A stretch of DNA of 64,000 nt from Octopus vulgaris (lineage: Eukaryota). Each line of letters begins with the position of its first letter. Positions within the stretch are counted from its first letter, which is position 1. Of this stretch, positions 12,958 to 25,852 are shown piece after piece. The stretch spans positions 149,978,001 through 150,042,000 of the forward strand of contig OX597817.1 of assembly GCA_951406725.2 (NCBI GenBank). Reading direction: 5' to 3'. Made by a program: the position numbers and the translations under genes. The notes under the pieces are model-generated. The model saw only the letters and a program-made list of their open reading frames with translations, searched no databases and had not been told where the DNA came from.

Positions 12958-13118
12958 ATGCAGGCATGGCTGCGTAGTTAAGAAGTTTGGTTTATAGTCA
13001 TGTGGTTTTGAGTTCAGTCCCACTGAACGGCACCTTGGGCAAGTGACTTCTACTATAGCCTTGGGATAACCCATGCCTTGTGAGTGAATTTGGTAGACAA
13101 AAACTGCATGGAAACCTG

Positions 13119-13169
<51 letters not shown>

Positions 13170-13385
13170 TGCATGTATGTCTCTCTCTCTCTCTCTCACA
13201 CTGTGTTTGTTACTCACCACCACTTGACAACCAGTGGTGGTTTATTTACATTTCAGTGACTTAGCAGTTCAGCAAAAGAGACTGATACAATAATTACCAA
13301 ATTTAAAAATTAACTACTGGGGTATATCTATTTACCTAAAACCTTTCAGGGACGTAGAGCCCCAGCAAGTAAAAGAGTAAAGATA
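12958..13385 (+). mobile_element. Family B SINE, diverged
   Basis: tRNA head, gcaccttgggcaagtg, (GT)n, tail ending agtaaaagagtaaaga. Confidence 0.75.
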
Positions 13386-13974
13386 AAAAAACAAAAAGAA
13401 AACTACCCCAAAAGCTGTTTGTAATCCTTGCCAATCCAACATTTCTTTATTGATAGCACCCACTTCTAACCAGGATAATAGTGAACAATACAATGGAATT
13501 ATTATGAACTACAAATAGTTTCAAAAACTCAGCAACATGAACCACCTTCCAATGTCATAAATATATAAATCTTTCCACAATTATTTATCAACCTACACCT
13601 TCTTAATTTCTTTGTGGTATCTTAAACATACTTAAAAATGGATGAGTTGAAAATGACATTTTTTTTTTTGAAACCCTTTCTTCCCTGTGAAGCATATAGG
13701 CCACCAGCAACTTTTCCCCACTGTTCTTAACTCTGGGCTATCTTTCTCTGACAAACAGTCTTCCTTTCCCAGGTCTTGGTTTTGAACTGTTATTGATGCT
13801 TCTATAACACTGCTATTTTTCTAGGTAGGTGTGCTGGTCCTATGCAAGCCCAATTTGACTTCTGGGAATAGGTGATCCATATTAGTTTGACCTGCTCAGC
13901 ACAAGAAGCCTACTAGAAGTTTGTGCTCTACAAGTATATCTCTGAGGGTCATTGAAGCATACAGGTCTTTTGTG

Positions 13975-14428
13975 GACGGAACCTATGAAAGAAGTAGACC
14001 AAGGTAGACATGGGATGAGGTGATGAAATGTGATCTTTGGATTTGAGTCTAATGGGGGTGATGACAAGTGACTAGGACTTCTGGCAAATGACTGTGCTTG
14101 AAAAGACACAAGCTAAAATCATGGTCATGGTCTAGTACTGGTGACTTGCAAATGGCACCTGTGCCAGTGACATGTGAAAGGTACTTGTGCCACTGACATA
14201 AAAGACACCTGTGCCAGCGACACCTAAAAAGCACCCATGCCAATGGCATGTAAGAGACACTGTGTACACTCAGTGGAGTAGTTAGCATTAGGAAGTGCAT
14301 GAAGCCATAGAAATCAAGCCAAAACACACTGGAACCTGGTGCAGCTCTCTAGCTTACCATCTTATGACTAACCCAAGTCAGCATGGAAAACGGACATTAA
14401 ATGATGATGTGGATAATGATGATGATGA
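13975..14428 (+). mobile_element. Degenerate RTE ORF end and 3' UTR (family D)
   Basis: Similar to 55800-56388 (..agacatgggatgaggtgatgaaa..), with D tail. Confidence 0.7.
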
Positions 14429-14956
14429 AGCCACCACACTGCAAGAAGTACAGGACCTTGTGGTGGATCAAAGATGACATAGTCGATACGTATCCATGTA
14501 CAACAGTTACTAACAAACCGTGAAAGAGACTCAACCAGATCATTTCAACCTACTAACAATAGCAGCTCATTCTTCCTCAAAACACATTCAAAGATCTTTA
14601 AAGAAGAAAAGAAGCATTAGATAGAGTCATCCTAGATATACTATACCTATAAAAAAAAAGCAAAATTTTACAACTGAATTGGCTCTGATCATGCCTGCTT
14701 GACTAGGAATGGACTAGCACTAAAGAAGAATGGTAACAGCATAGCTGTACATGCATGTGTGTTGTCAACTATGTGTGTATGTGCAGTGAAGAAAGGGTAT
14801 GAATAAAACATGCTTGCTAATTCCAGCTTCAGAATAATTTCGGCATGTCATTTGGATAATGCTTGTGAACTACAATACACAGCTATAGCATGGTACCAGA
14901 ATGTTAATAATGGTTTATAGTTCCTGTTTTTTGTCATATATATGCGGATATGCACA

Positions 14957-15027
14957 TGTATGTATGTATGTATGTATGTATGTATGTATGTATGTATGTA
15001 TGTATGTATGTATGTATGTATGTATGT

Positions 15028-15067
<40 letters not shown>

Positions 15068-15076
15068 ATGTATGTA
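14957..15076. repeat. (TATG)n/(TG)n compound microsatellite
   Basis: Seen directly. Confidence 0.95.
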
Positions 15077-15743
15077 TTTTATCTTTCTATTCCAGATTGT
15101 TCTTGGTGAATAAAGCTATGTCTTATTTCATTCAATTTATTCAGTAAGAAAATAAATAAATAAATAAACACAGCAAAAAATTTGTTGGACATATTATTTA
15201 CATCATGAATTATTGATGGACGATAACTTAGAGAAGCTGAAAGGATTTTTCAAACCTGAGAAATTTAATGCCAATCCAGTTTCTACCACCACCAAAGAGT
15301 GGTGCCACTAGGGACATTTCTGAGATCCATTGTATCTTATTCACCAAACAGGCTTCACACTTCCATTAATTATTTATCCTCAACAGTTTATGACTATCTC
15401 CCTGATGCCGCTAACTACAAAGCTGTGATTCAGATACTTGAAACATTATATTATGACATCTAATGAAGTTTTTGCGTGCCATCTTATGACAAGCAGCTGC
15501 CAAGTATCACAGGAATAAACTGACAAGTTCCTTCAGGCATTGAAATTACAATCATTGCTAAGAGTTTGCAATGCTATCAATGTGGGTCAGCACTATGGAG
15601 AATCACTTAGGGATACATTATTACAGGTCTTGCAACTCGGTACATCTGACTATGCTTGCTGGAAAACACAGCTTTGGATTTGAAAATGTCACACTTTGAA
15701 ATCCACAATAAACAAACAACATGTACAGTAATATGGGATATCT

Positions 15744-16283
15744 AACCCTTTCATTGTCAACCTGCTTATGACTGTCCCCTGGTTCTATAATACAAACTTC
15801 CTATTTTAGTAACTGTGCTTCCCAACCACATGATTCTGGGTTCAGTCCCACTGTGTAGCACCCTGGGCAAGTGTCTTCCACTATAGCCTGGGGCCAACCA
15901 ATGCCTTGTGGGTGGATTTGATAAACAGAAACTAAAAGAAGTCTATCGTATATATACATGTGTGTGAGTGTATTTGGGTCAGTGTTTGTCCCCCACTACC
16001 ATTTGACAACCAACCTAGTGTTTACATCTCCATAACTTAGCAGTTTGACAAAAGAGACTCATAAAGTGAGTATAAGCCTTGAGAAAAAAAGAATAAATAC
16101 AGGGGTGGATTCATTCAACTTAAAATTCTTCAAGGCGATGCCCCAGCATGGCTGTAGTCACATGACCAAGACAAGTAAAAGATAGAAGATTTCAAACACC
16201 AGTTTAAAAATGACCAAATTATTTTATTAAATTCTTAATTATTTTCAGAATTCATTGAAATAAAGACAGTGTCTCTCAACAGA
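15744..16283. mobile_element. Degenerate piggyBac-like MITE (M2) with a nested family B SINE (~15812-16188)
   Basis: taaccctttc start, gtaacaaaaagggt end, family B sequence inside. Confidence 0.6.
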
Positions 16284-16532
16284 AATATGTAACAAAAAGG
16301 GTCACTAGCAGGCCATGATGTTGTTACCAGACAGATCTCATCAAATTAAAGCTATTTGTGATAACATCTTGGTTGCTACCTATAACAACAATCACAGTCT
16401 TTGATTTTTATGCACCAAACATCATTCTTGTCATACTTGTTCATATTCATTAAGCCAGGTGTAGAAACTGTGATGAACAGTGTCAATAAAGATAGGTGTA
16501 TGTGTATATATATACATATATATATATATATA

Positions 16533-16992
16533 TGTTGAAATAATAATTCATCTCTCTCTGTAAAATGCTGCGGTTTTAACCGTTAATACATGGTGTTTGT
16601 CAATTTTAACCCACACCGGTGGAAAGGGGAGAGCAGAAATTCTTCGCTTGCATATTCGAATTTGGTAGCACTTTTAGTTCGAGCAGAATTCTAGAAGTGA
16701 TAAGAAGCCGAAAGGGTATGCTCCCAACTTTCAGTGTTCCCAAATCCGATACAAGGAATTCTGAGCTGACGAAAGAAATGTCGAATTGACTAATCTAGAA
16801 ACGTACGTTCTCAAATAACCTTTGCACTTGATTTTTTAATGTTTTTTCCCCCATACCTTTGTGAGTTGGTTTAGGCAAGCACTATCTGAGAGAGATCTTC
16901 TTTAAGTATTAGAAATAGCTGAAGAAATTTCTTTAGCTGCTATTTCTAATGAGTTCAGTATGTGGCAAAGTAATTTATTTTACTAAGCCCTT
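16533..16992 (+). mobile_element. Short Penelope-like element in (TA)n carrying an intact hammerhead
   Basis: Relatively CpG-rich ~460-bp segment between TA runs; hammerhead at 16762-16813. Confidence 0.6.
16762..16813 (+). ncRNA. Type-I hammerhead ribozyme motif with intact core
   Basis: tgag-CTGACGA-a-aga(aat)gtc[gaatt]gac(taa)tct-a-GAAA-cgtacg-TT-ctca; palindromic stem III; predicted GUU cleavage after 16809. Confidence 0.75.
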
Positions 16993-16999
16993 ATATATA

Positions 17000-17066
<67 letters not shown>

Positions 17067-19446
17067 CATATATATATATATATATATGTTTCACTGCATT
17101 CTGGTACATAATCCATCACTAATTCCAACACTTATGATTGCCATAATAAGTGGCTTTGCTACTGGCATTTCAAGATTGTCTCTTCAAAATTGGGAAAGGA
17201 AGATTTACAAGTCTTTGTAAGACATTAGTAGTTCAGAATTCTTCATCAGTAAATTTATCATAAAAGAACAATCACTTATTAAGCATCATTCTTCAAAGAT
17301 GTGACTGCAGCTGACTCTTCCCTGTCCACTTGTATCCATGGTTACTGCTTGAACAACTTCAAACTTCTAAAGGCATGGATGGTAATCAGATTGACACTTG
17401 GTTGAACCACACAAAGAAGCTGCTTGCCATAATGTATCTAATGGAGAGAGTGCTCTGCCGCCCTCTTATCTTAGGATGATGACAAAAGTGTGCTTGGCTG
17501 AAGCTGCTACACAATTATCTGGCTGAGGAAAATCTCTTGTAATAACTCAATACAAACTATGTGTGCATGTGTGTGTGTGCATGTGTGTGTGTGCATGTGT
17601 GTGTGTGTGCATGTGTGTGTGTGTGTGTGTGTGATTATCTTTTAATGGCCATATTCCATGCTGGTATGGGTTGGACAGTTTAACAGGGTCTAATGTGTCC
17701 AGGGACTGCATCATGCTCCAAAGTCTGCTTTGGGATCGCTTCTATGGCTGGATGCCCTTTCTAATGCCAAACACTTTACAATATATACTGGGTGCTTTTC
17801 TTGTGCTACTAGCACTACTGAGGTTGCCATGCAGCTGACAAATCTACAAGACCTGGGAGGTGGGGCATTATGCTTGCAGATAGGGCTTAAGGTATGTAAT
17901 AAGGGATTGGGGCAGAGTAGGTTCTAGTTCTAGAGGGGCAACATGGCTACTCGCATTTGGGAGAGAGTTATATATAAATTGTTAGCAGCTACAAAGAAGT
18001 CAAATAGTCGTGATGAGGTGTCCAGGTGGCATTTCAAAGTACAGAGAGAGTAGGGGTGGGGACAGAGAAAGTAGGAGTGAGTGATCTGTAGGGAGTGTAT
18101 GGAGGAAAGAAAAGGGGAGAGGGAACCCTGCCCATGTGGGCAGGGTTAAATGGGTTATTTCTTTTCTCCATGATGGGTCAGGGAACCACACCTCACTCAC
18201 AAGTTTAATCTTTGACCCTTCCTTGCACCAGCAACTTTACAGAATGTAGTGGGTGCATATTTTAAAGGGACCAGCATCAAGCAGGTTGCTATGTCTTCTG
18301 TGGAATCTTCATGACTCTACGCACAAGAGTGTATTGAGTACATTTTATCATGGCAGTAGAATTAGAGAGGATGGAAGAGAGAGTGATGGGTAGCAAGAGG
18401 TGGATAAATGGCAAGAGTGAATAATGGATGTCAGTTCCAAGCAGCCAAGGAGGAATACTGATAGAGTGTGTGAGGTATATACAGATGTGACGAGATCTCC
18501 TGGGAATAGCCTCAAGATGGCAAAAGAACTGGAGTCATGACAGTGAGAAAGGAAAGGATGGAATATTGGAGAGAGGGTCATGGAATTCTAGTTACACTAG
18601 AAGCAATGTATGGTGAGCCAAAGGAGATCCAGTGTTATCCTTAGTTACATCAGCATCTAAGAAGAGTTGAGATGAGAGATGGGCAATAGAGGCACAAACA
18701 CTAGAGACATGAGTAATAAAGTTGGGGGCAACAGAAATATAGATGACAGGGGCATGGAGAGGTGAGTGATAGGGGTATTAGAAGCTATATGGGGGTGGGG
18801 TCAAAAATGTAGCCATAACACTTTGTATATGCATACACACACACAGAGATTACCATTACAACAAACACACACGTGTAGGTATGTGTGTGTATTTTGGAAG
18901 CTGACTGTTGTGGCTGGTCAGAGAGTGACCACTGGTTTCATACTTATTAAGCACTTAGCCATATAGGTGCTTCATTTTGGATTTACGATCTTCTAACAAT
19001 TCACAAATATATTTGTACATATATACACACATACATATACACATTCACACATACATACACCTATAATCATATAAGTTTGAATGTATCGTACAAGCCTAAA
19101 TAGACACTTAGACACATATACATATATACATATGCATACATATTCACGAAAACATGTTCCACAATGCCTGGACGAACACTTGTTCCACAATGCCTGGACA
19201 GGAAGGTATGTCTTCTCCTGCAGAGTGTGTCACCAATCCACAGGCTTTTTGCCATCTCTTCAAGGTGCAACAACTTCAAATACATCTTCACCACTTTGTC
19301 CCAAGCATTCCTTGGTTTTTGTCTTCAGCCAATTTCATTCACTTTACACATGCAACAGGGACACATAAACCACAGACATCACCCCCACATCACCCCACCC
19401 CATTCAGCAGTAAACAGAATCATGCACCTTATGTTCTTTATCTACC

Positions 19447-19493
<47 letters not shown>

Positions 19494-19629
19494 ATTGTAT
19501 AATATACGCTTGTTGAGAATGAATGACAGACATGAATAAAATAAAAGGTGTTTTGCCATTTCCATCTTCAGAACAGTTTCGATGTGTTGCTAGGTTAACA
19601 TTTACAAACTACAATACACATCTATATAA

Positions 19630-19750
19630 TATGCTGCTAGGATGTGACTATTGTTTATAATTTTCTCTTACATGTCATGGAACTGTTATTTCATCTTGCT
19701 CTCGCTCTGTTCTGGGCGGTTGTTGCTGAATAAAGCTATTTCCCTATTCA

Positions 19751-19760
<10 letters not shown>
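19630..19760 (+). repeat. LTR-like repeat, similar to 20240-20360 and 15078-15135
   Basis: Shared acatgtcatgg..gttattt.atctt..gttgttgctg..taaagctatttccctattcaa, with AATAAA in this copy. Confidence 0.45.
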
Positions 19761-19786
<26 letters not shown>

Positions 19787-19814
19787 TCCAAACAAGACAG
19801 GTACATAGACACAA

Positions 19815-20237
19815 ACTTTTTATTTGTTTCAGTCATTAGACCACGGCCTTGCTGGGGTACCACCTTGAAAATATGTACCCCACTACTTATTTTTTTTAAG
19901 CCTGATACTTATTTTGTTACTGTCTTTTGTCAAACTGCTAAGTTACAGAGATGTAAACACACCAACACCGGTTGTCAAGAGGCGATGGGGGAGGGGGGAC
20001 AAACACAGGCACAAAGACACACATACACGCATGCATGCACACATGCACATTTGTGTGTTTGTATATATATATTCGATGGGCTTCTTTCAGTTTCCACCTG
20101 CCAAATCCACTCACAAAGCTTTGGTCAGTGCGAGGCTATAGTAGAAGACACCACTCCATGGTGCCATGCAGTGGGACTGAACCTGAAACTATGTGGTTTT
20201 GAAGAAACTTCTTACCACACAGTGACATCTGTACCTA
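19815..20237 (-). mobile_element. Family B SINE
   Basis: Reverse complement of family B. Confidence 0.8.
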
Positions 20238-20799
20238 TCTACAATTTTCCCTCACATGTCATGGTAATTGTTATTTTATCTTTCTCTTTCTCTCTCTCTC
20301 TCTCTATTCTGAGCTGTTGTTGCTGTCTAAAGCTATTTCCCTATTCAATCCACACACACTTTAACAAAGATTTGCTTTTTTTAATTTCCAATAACTCAAT
20401 ATCTACATTACAGAAAACATAACTAAAATCTATTTATTCCGTCATCATCCTCTCAATATTCACAGACCAGCAAAGGTCCCAAAATCTATGAGAGGTCATT
20501 TACATGGTCATTGACCTGTTAGAAATAACAGTCAAATCTCCCCCATATTACATTCCGCTGTCTTAAAAATAGAATGATTTTGATTACAGTTCTGCTCAAT
20601 CAGGACTCACCCAAATAACAATGACAAAACCTGATCAAAATTTACAAAAGGAGAAATTAATACAAAAGATAAATCCACAGGCATTGTCATTCCAACCCAA
20701 CCATTTGTATATAAACAAACTATATATAGACTAAAAGAGTAAATGGTGTTGAAAATACAATAAGAATTTATAGTTGCCAAGTTGCTGCATAATATTTCT

Positions 20800-21512
20800 A
20801 TGATAAAAGAATTTGTTTACCTAAGAGTGACAGTCAAGAAAGCCAGGGGCGAAAGAGAGGACTTAAAGAATAGAATATCCAAAGCCTGGAGAGCATTCTA
20901 CAGTCTAAGAAAGGTGTGGAGAAGCAATGCTTTAGGGTGGGAAATGGGAGCTGTTCAAGACATTGGTCCGACCAGGATTACTCTATGGATGTGAAAACAG
21001 GAAAGTGACAAAAGTGGAAGGGAAAACAATAGACAGCTTCCACCTCACATGGTTATGGAGAATACTTGACTTTGGCTTCAAAAGTGTTTGAATTGAGATG
21101 ACAAGGTGATCAGTGATGAAGTAAGATGCAGATGCTGAAACTGGATTGGAGATGTCCTCAGACAGAATTTCACAATAAATATTAATGGAAATGTCTGCAG
21201 GAATTTACCATTCCAATCTTTTACTCACAAAAATGCTAAAAGCTGTAATACTTCTCTGGGATACAAAGATCACAGCTTCTAAAGCCTGTTATATAGCAAA
21301 TCTAGAGTGGCACTAAAGTGGCACTTTCCTGGAGGAAAAAGAGCAGCAGGGCTCCTCAAAACCACATAGAAAAGGGCCATTGATAAGGAAAGACAGCGAG
21401 AAGAGTGGTAAAGCTAGAATGAGACGAAAACTGCGACAGAAAATAGTGCTGGTTGGAGAGATTGTGTTGTGGCCTTATGTGTCTCATGGCATGTAGAGAA
21501 CTAACTAACTAA
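20800..21512 (+). mobile_element. Second RTE-clade LINE 3' fragment with (TAAC)n tail
   Basis: EFVYL..DLKNRISKAWRAFYSLRKVWRS..LFKTLVRPGLLYGCE..NWIGDVLR..WRDCVVALC, with frameshifts. Confidence 0.8.
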
Positions 21513-21538
21513 GAAGGCATGCTTGCCTTTCCACACTT

Positions 21539-21788
21539 TTAACCCTTTCAATACCAACCTGTCTGAGACTGCCCTTGGCTCCTTTATGCCACAAACTTCC
21601 TGTTTTAAAAGGATCTCAAAACTTTCCACCAAAATTTCATGTTACTTTATGTTCCAAACACCAGCTTACTAATGACCAAGTTATTTTACAATATTCTTCA
21701 TCATCTAAAAATTTAACTGGAATGCAGGCAGTGTGTTTCAACAGAAATATGGTAACAAAAAGATTAAAATTTATAAAATGAAAGGTTA
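21539..21788. mobile_element. Degenerate piggyBac-like MITE (M2)
   Basis: ttaaccctttcaatacc start; body homologous to 28365-28593. Confidence 0.65.
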
Positions 21789-21964
21789 AATTCTGTAGTC
21801 AAGTTGAAATGACAGAAACAATCATTTAGAGTAATTTTATACAAATTAGTGTTATACACAACAGAGGAAACACTTGATCTCTAACATTTTGATTCAGTAT
21901 CATTTATGTTAAAATCCACATTTATAAAACTTTGGTATTTTATTTCAGGTATATCATCATTGTT

Positions 21965-22382
21965 GTTTTAATGTCTGCTTTCCCATGGTTTCATGGGTCA
22001 GATGGAGTTTATTGAAGCAGATTTTTTTATGGCCAGATGTCCTTGCTTTTGCCAATCCTCACCCATTTCCAAGCAAGGTGATATCCAGACATGTTAATGC
22101 AGAATATTCGAAATGAATGACACTGCATGCATAACAGTGGCACTCATTTACAACTATCACGCAATGTCAAGACCAGGAGATAGAAACTTTCTCTCACACA
22201 CATACACATACATACAATGGACTTATTTCAGTTTTCTTTTCTATGAAATCCATCTGCAAGGCCTTGGTCAGCCCAGGGCTAAAGTAGGAGGCACTTACCC
22301 AAGGTGCTGTTACAGAGGGACTGACCCCAAGATCACATAGATGAGAGACAAGCTTGTCAACCATACAGTCATGCTTGTACCT
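21965..22382 (-). mobile_element. Family B variant SINE with RTE-like tail
   Basis: Reverse-complement similarity to 31868-32310 and 46886-47280. Confidence 0.6.
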
Positions 22383-22812
22383 GAAAATGATATATTCATC
22401 TATTCACATGCAAAATAAACTATTTTGGCTAATTGATAGTTAGAAATTTCACAATAAATATTAATGGAAATGTCTGCAGGAATTTACCATTCCAATCTTT
22501 TACTCACAAAATGCTAAAAGCTGTAATACTTCTCTGAGATACAAAGATCACAGCTTCTAAAGCCTGTTATATAGGGGAAGATATGTCTTCTATAATGGGT
22601 CGATCGATTTTATAATTGCTAATATTATCATCCTGGAAACTCCAGCTATATGTGGGAAGTGAGCTGCAAAACTTTATCTTCTCATGGTCCACCATTTGTT
22701 GTCTTTCACTACTGTTAATTCACTTTATCTTCTCCGTCACTGCATCAGCCGGTACTCTAGGTATTTGGTTATGCTGCCACAAACACACACAATATATATA
22801 TATATATATATA

Positions 22813-23222
22813 ATCATCATCATCATTTAACGTCCGCTTTCCATGCAGGCATGAGTTGGACGGTTTGACAGAAGACTGGCAAGCCTGGAAGCTACACCAG
22901 GCTCCAATCTGATCTGGCAGAGTTTCTACAGCTGGATGCCTTTCCTAATGCCAACCACTCCGAGAGTGTAGTGAGTGCTTTTACATGCCACCATCACGAG
23001 GGCCAGTCAGGCGGTACTGGCAACGACCATGCTCAAATGGTGTTTTTTATGTGCCACCTGCACAGAAGCCACTACAGCAGCACTGCCAATGACCTCACTC
23101 GTATGTTTTTTCACATGCCACCGGCACAAGTGCCAGTATGTCAATGCTGGTAACGATCACGCTCAAATGGTGCTTTTTACGTGCCACTGGCATGGAAACC
23201 AGTCAGCTGCTCTGGTAACGAT
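22813..23222 (-). mobile_element. RTE 3' UTR fragment (family D) with 4 VNTR units
   Basis: (CAT)n tail, D core, 63-67-bp units. Confidence 0.85.
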
Positions 23223-23299
23223 CTATATATGTGTATGTGTATATATATGGAAAAAAAGTCAAGGTAGAAAATGCTAAAATAATTTTATAAAAAACATTT

Positions 23300-23336
23300 C
23301 AGTACTGGTTTCAATCATTGAGACTTTTTCAACTGT
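23300..23336 (-). ncRNA. Minimal hammerhead-like motif with U3-A8 core
   Basis: Minus strand acag-TTGAAAA-agtc[tcaat]gatt-GAAA-ccag-TA-ctg. Confidence 0.55.
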
Positions 23337-23678
23337 AAGTATGGAAAAGAATTAAATTTTGGAAAAATTAAATGAAAAGTTTTTGTTTTAAAAGAATATT
23401 TGCATAGTATTCAAATATGAGGGGCATGTTCCTACTACCATTCACTTGACCATTTAACATCCTACTACTATCATAGCACTCCCGCATTATTCTTCTCCTT
23501 CTCCTCCTTCTTCTTCTCTGCCAAGAATTCACAATGACCTCGACCCCACAAGAGTAAACAAGAGAGACAGAGACAGGCAGAAACAGGGAAAATGCCCCTT
23601 ATATTTGAATATTATGCAAATATTCTTTTAAAATACTTTCCATTTAATTTTTCCAAAATTTAATTGTTTTCCATACTT

Positions 23679-23714
23679 ACAGTTGAAAAGTCTCAATGAC
23701 TGAAACCAGTACTG
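23679..23714 (+). ncRNA. Minimal hammerhead-like motif with U3-A8 core (one A short)
   Basis: acag-TTGAAA-agtc[tcaat]gact-GAAA-ccag-TA-ctg. Confidence 0.5.
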
Positions 23715-23802
23715 AAATGTTTTTCATAAAATTATTTCAGCATTTTCTACCTTGACTTTTTTTCCATATATATATATACATATCAACTTGTGCGTTCCTT
23801 TT

Positions 23803-23840
<38 letters not shown>

Positions 23841-25331
23841 CGTCGTCATCATCATTTAATGTCCGTTGTTCATGCTGGCATGTGTTGGACAGTTTGAACA
23901 GAGCTGGGGAGCTGCACCAGACTTCAGTCTGATTTGGCAAGGCTTCTACTGCTGGACGCCCTTCCTAATACCAACCACTTAACAGAGTGTGCTGCATGCT
24001 TTCATGTGGCACCACATAGGTGCTTTTACATGACACCACATGGGAATTTCTGCGTGACACTACATGGGCATTTTTATGTAACATTGCACAGGCATTTGTA
24101 CATGCCATCACATGAGAGTACTTCAGACCTAGTGGGTAATTCTATGAGAAAGACATGTGAAGCTATGGGAAAATAATACCTTACATGGAAATAGGTTAGG
24201 GTTGGCAACACGAAGGGCATATTTCTGTTAAAAATATGCCTCCAACATACTCAGTCTGACCCATGCAAGCATGAAAATGTGGACATTAAGTGATGATGAC
24301 GACAATCATCATCATCATCATCATATGTTCTGCATACAACAATTGAGAAGATGCATGTGTGATGCATTTTCTAACATTTTTCGGCAACGAATCAAATCTT
24401 GATGACGAATCATATGCTAATGTGTTTACAAATATTTTTGTTTATATTCTTGCTTATGTACTTCTCTACTTTGAATTGTTATATTTCCACTGATTTATCC
24501 AAAGTTGGCTGTGCCATAGGAAAGAAAGTATTGTATAAAACTAACAACTAATGTTGACAGATTCACTGCAATAATTTAAAAACAACAAAACTAACCTCGT
24601 TTACAACACATTTTAATCAAAATTTCCAGATACCTGTTATGCCACAAATTCATATTGTTAAAAATAACACCAAGAAGTAAAAATATAAAGTTCTCATTTG
24701 CATATAACTTTCATGCTTCATTATGGAATTATCAAACATTGAAGCAATGTAACATTTATTTAGGAATGAAATAGTTCCTTAAGCACAGTGTGAAATATTC
24801 AGCAATAGCAAATGGAAACAAAATCAAGAAAATGTCTGTTGCAGAATCAGCTAATGAAGCCAGGAATGTAGGTAAGCTTCAAGACTAATTTGCCAAAATA
24901 TCCATCAAAGTTGGAAATATGAAAATGGTGAAATTTCTAAAATATATAAATAAATAAATAAATAAATAAATTTCCTTTGTCCTTCTCTTCCAATGATGTA
25001 TCGACTTTATTTACTAATATTTTTTATATTTTTTTAATTCCTTAATTTTATTCATTTTTTTTTTAAATAGTTCCTTTCCCCTCATTACTAAAAAAAAAAA
25101 CTATCAACTCAGAAGAAATTTCCCTTGGGAGCCAAAATAATGAGTAGAAATATTAATAATAATAATAACAACAATAATAATAATAATATAAAAATATATG
25201 TTCTTTGGAATTTTAAAGTCTTTTATGGCAGTAATAGGAAAAAAATGTTATTGCAGTTACAATCACTCTTCACTCAATCATTGAACCTAATCCAACCAAA
25301 TTGGAAGTCGGGCAACATTCCAGGTGGTGAA

Positions 25332-25367
<36 letters not shown>

Positions 25368-25519
25368 GCGCATGCGCACAAGCACACCCACACACACAAT
25401 TCTAAAAGGAAATTTTAGCAAATAAAAATTTCTACAAATAGAAAGAATGAACATACAACATTGATAAACCAACTAAGTTTTATAAAGGAAACCATAGAAA
25501 ACCCAGCTGCACCAGTTTT

Positions 25520-25771
25520 GTGTGTGCGTGTGTGTTGTGCGTGTGTGTGTGTGTGCATACATACACACTATTTACATATATTTACATTATATATATATAT
25601 ATATATGCATACACATATGATATATGTATCTATACAAGTATATATATACACATACATATATATATACATACATACATAAATACATATATATACACATATA
25701 TATACATATACATATTTATATGTGTGTGTATAAATGTTTATATATATATATGTTTGTGTGTATGTGTATAT

Positions 25772-25818
<47 letters not shown>

Positions 25819-25852
25819 GACAAGTGCACACACACACACACACACACACATA
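25520..25852. repeat. Compound (TG)/(TA)/(CA) microsatellite
   Basis: Seen directly. Confidence 0.9.

Larger units (their letters stand above)
14901..17540 (+). mobile_element. Decayed Ty3/Gypsy LTR retrotransposon relic (LTR-like segment, gag, aspartic protease) with later insertions
   Basis: Manual translation across frameshifts: FKPEKFNANP..KEWCH, INYLSSTVYDY..YKAVIQILETLY, NEVFA..DKFLQALKL, ESLRDT..TGLATRYI..LLENTALDLK (gag, ~15230-15690); LQVFV/DISSSEFFISK..DVTAADSSLSTCIHGYC (protease, ~17200-17350). Confidence 0.7.
23241..23778. mobile_element. Fold-back element: ~190-bp inverted arms around a ~150-bp spacer, in (TA)n
   Basis: 23241-23433 is the reverse complement of ~23585-23778; each arm holds a hammerhead-like motif. 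Confidence 0.8.
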
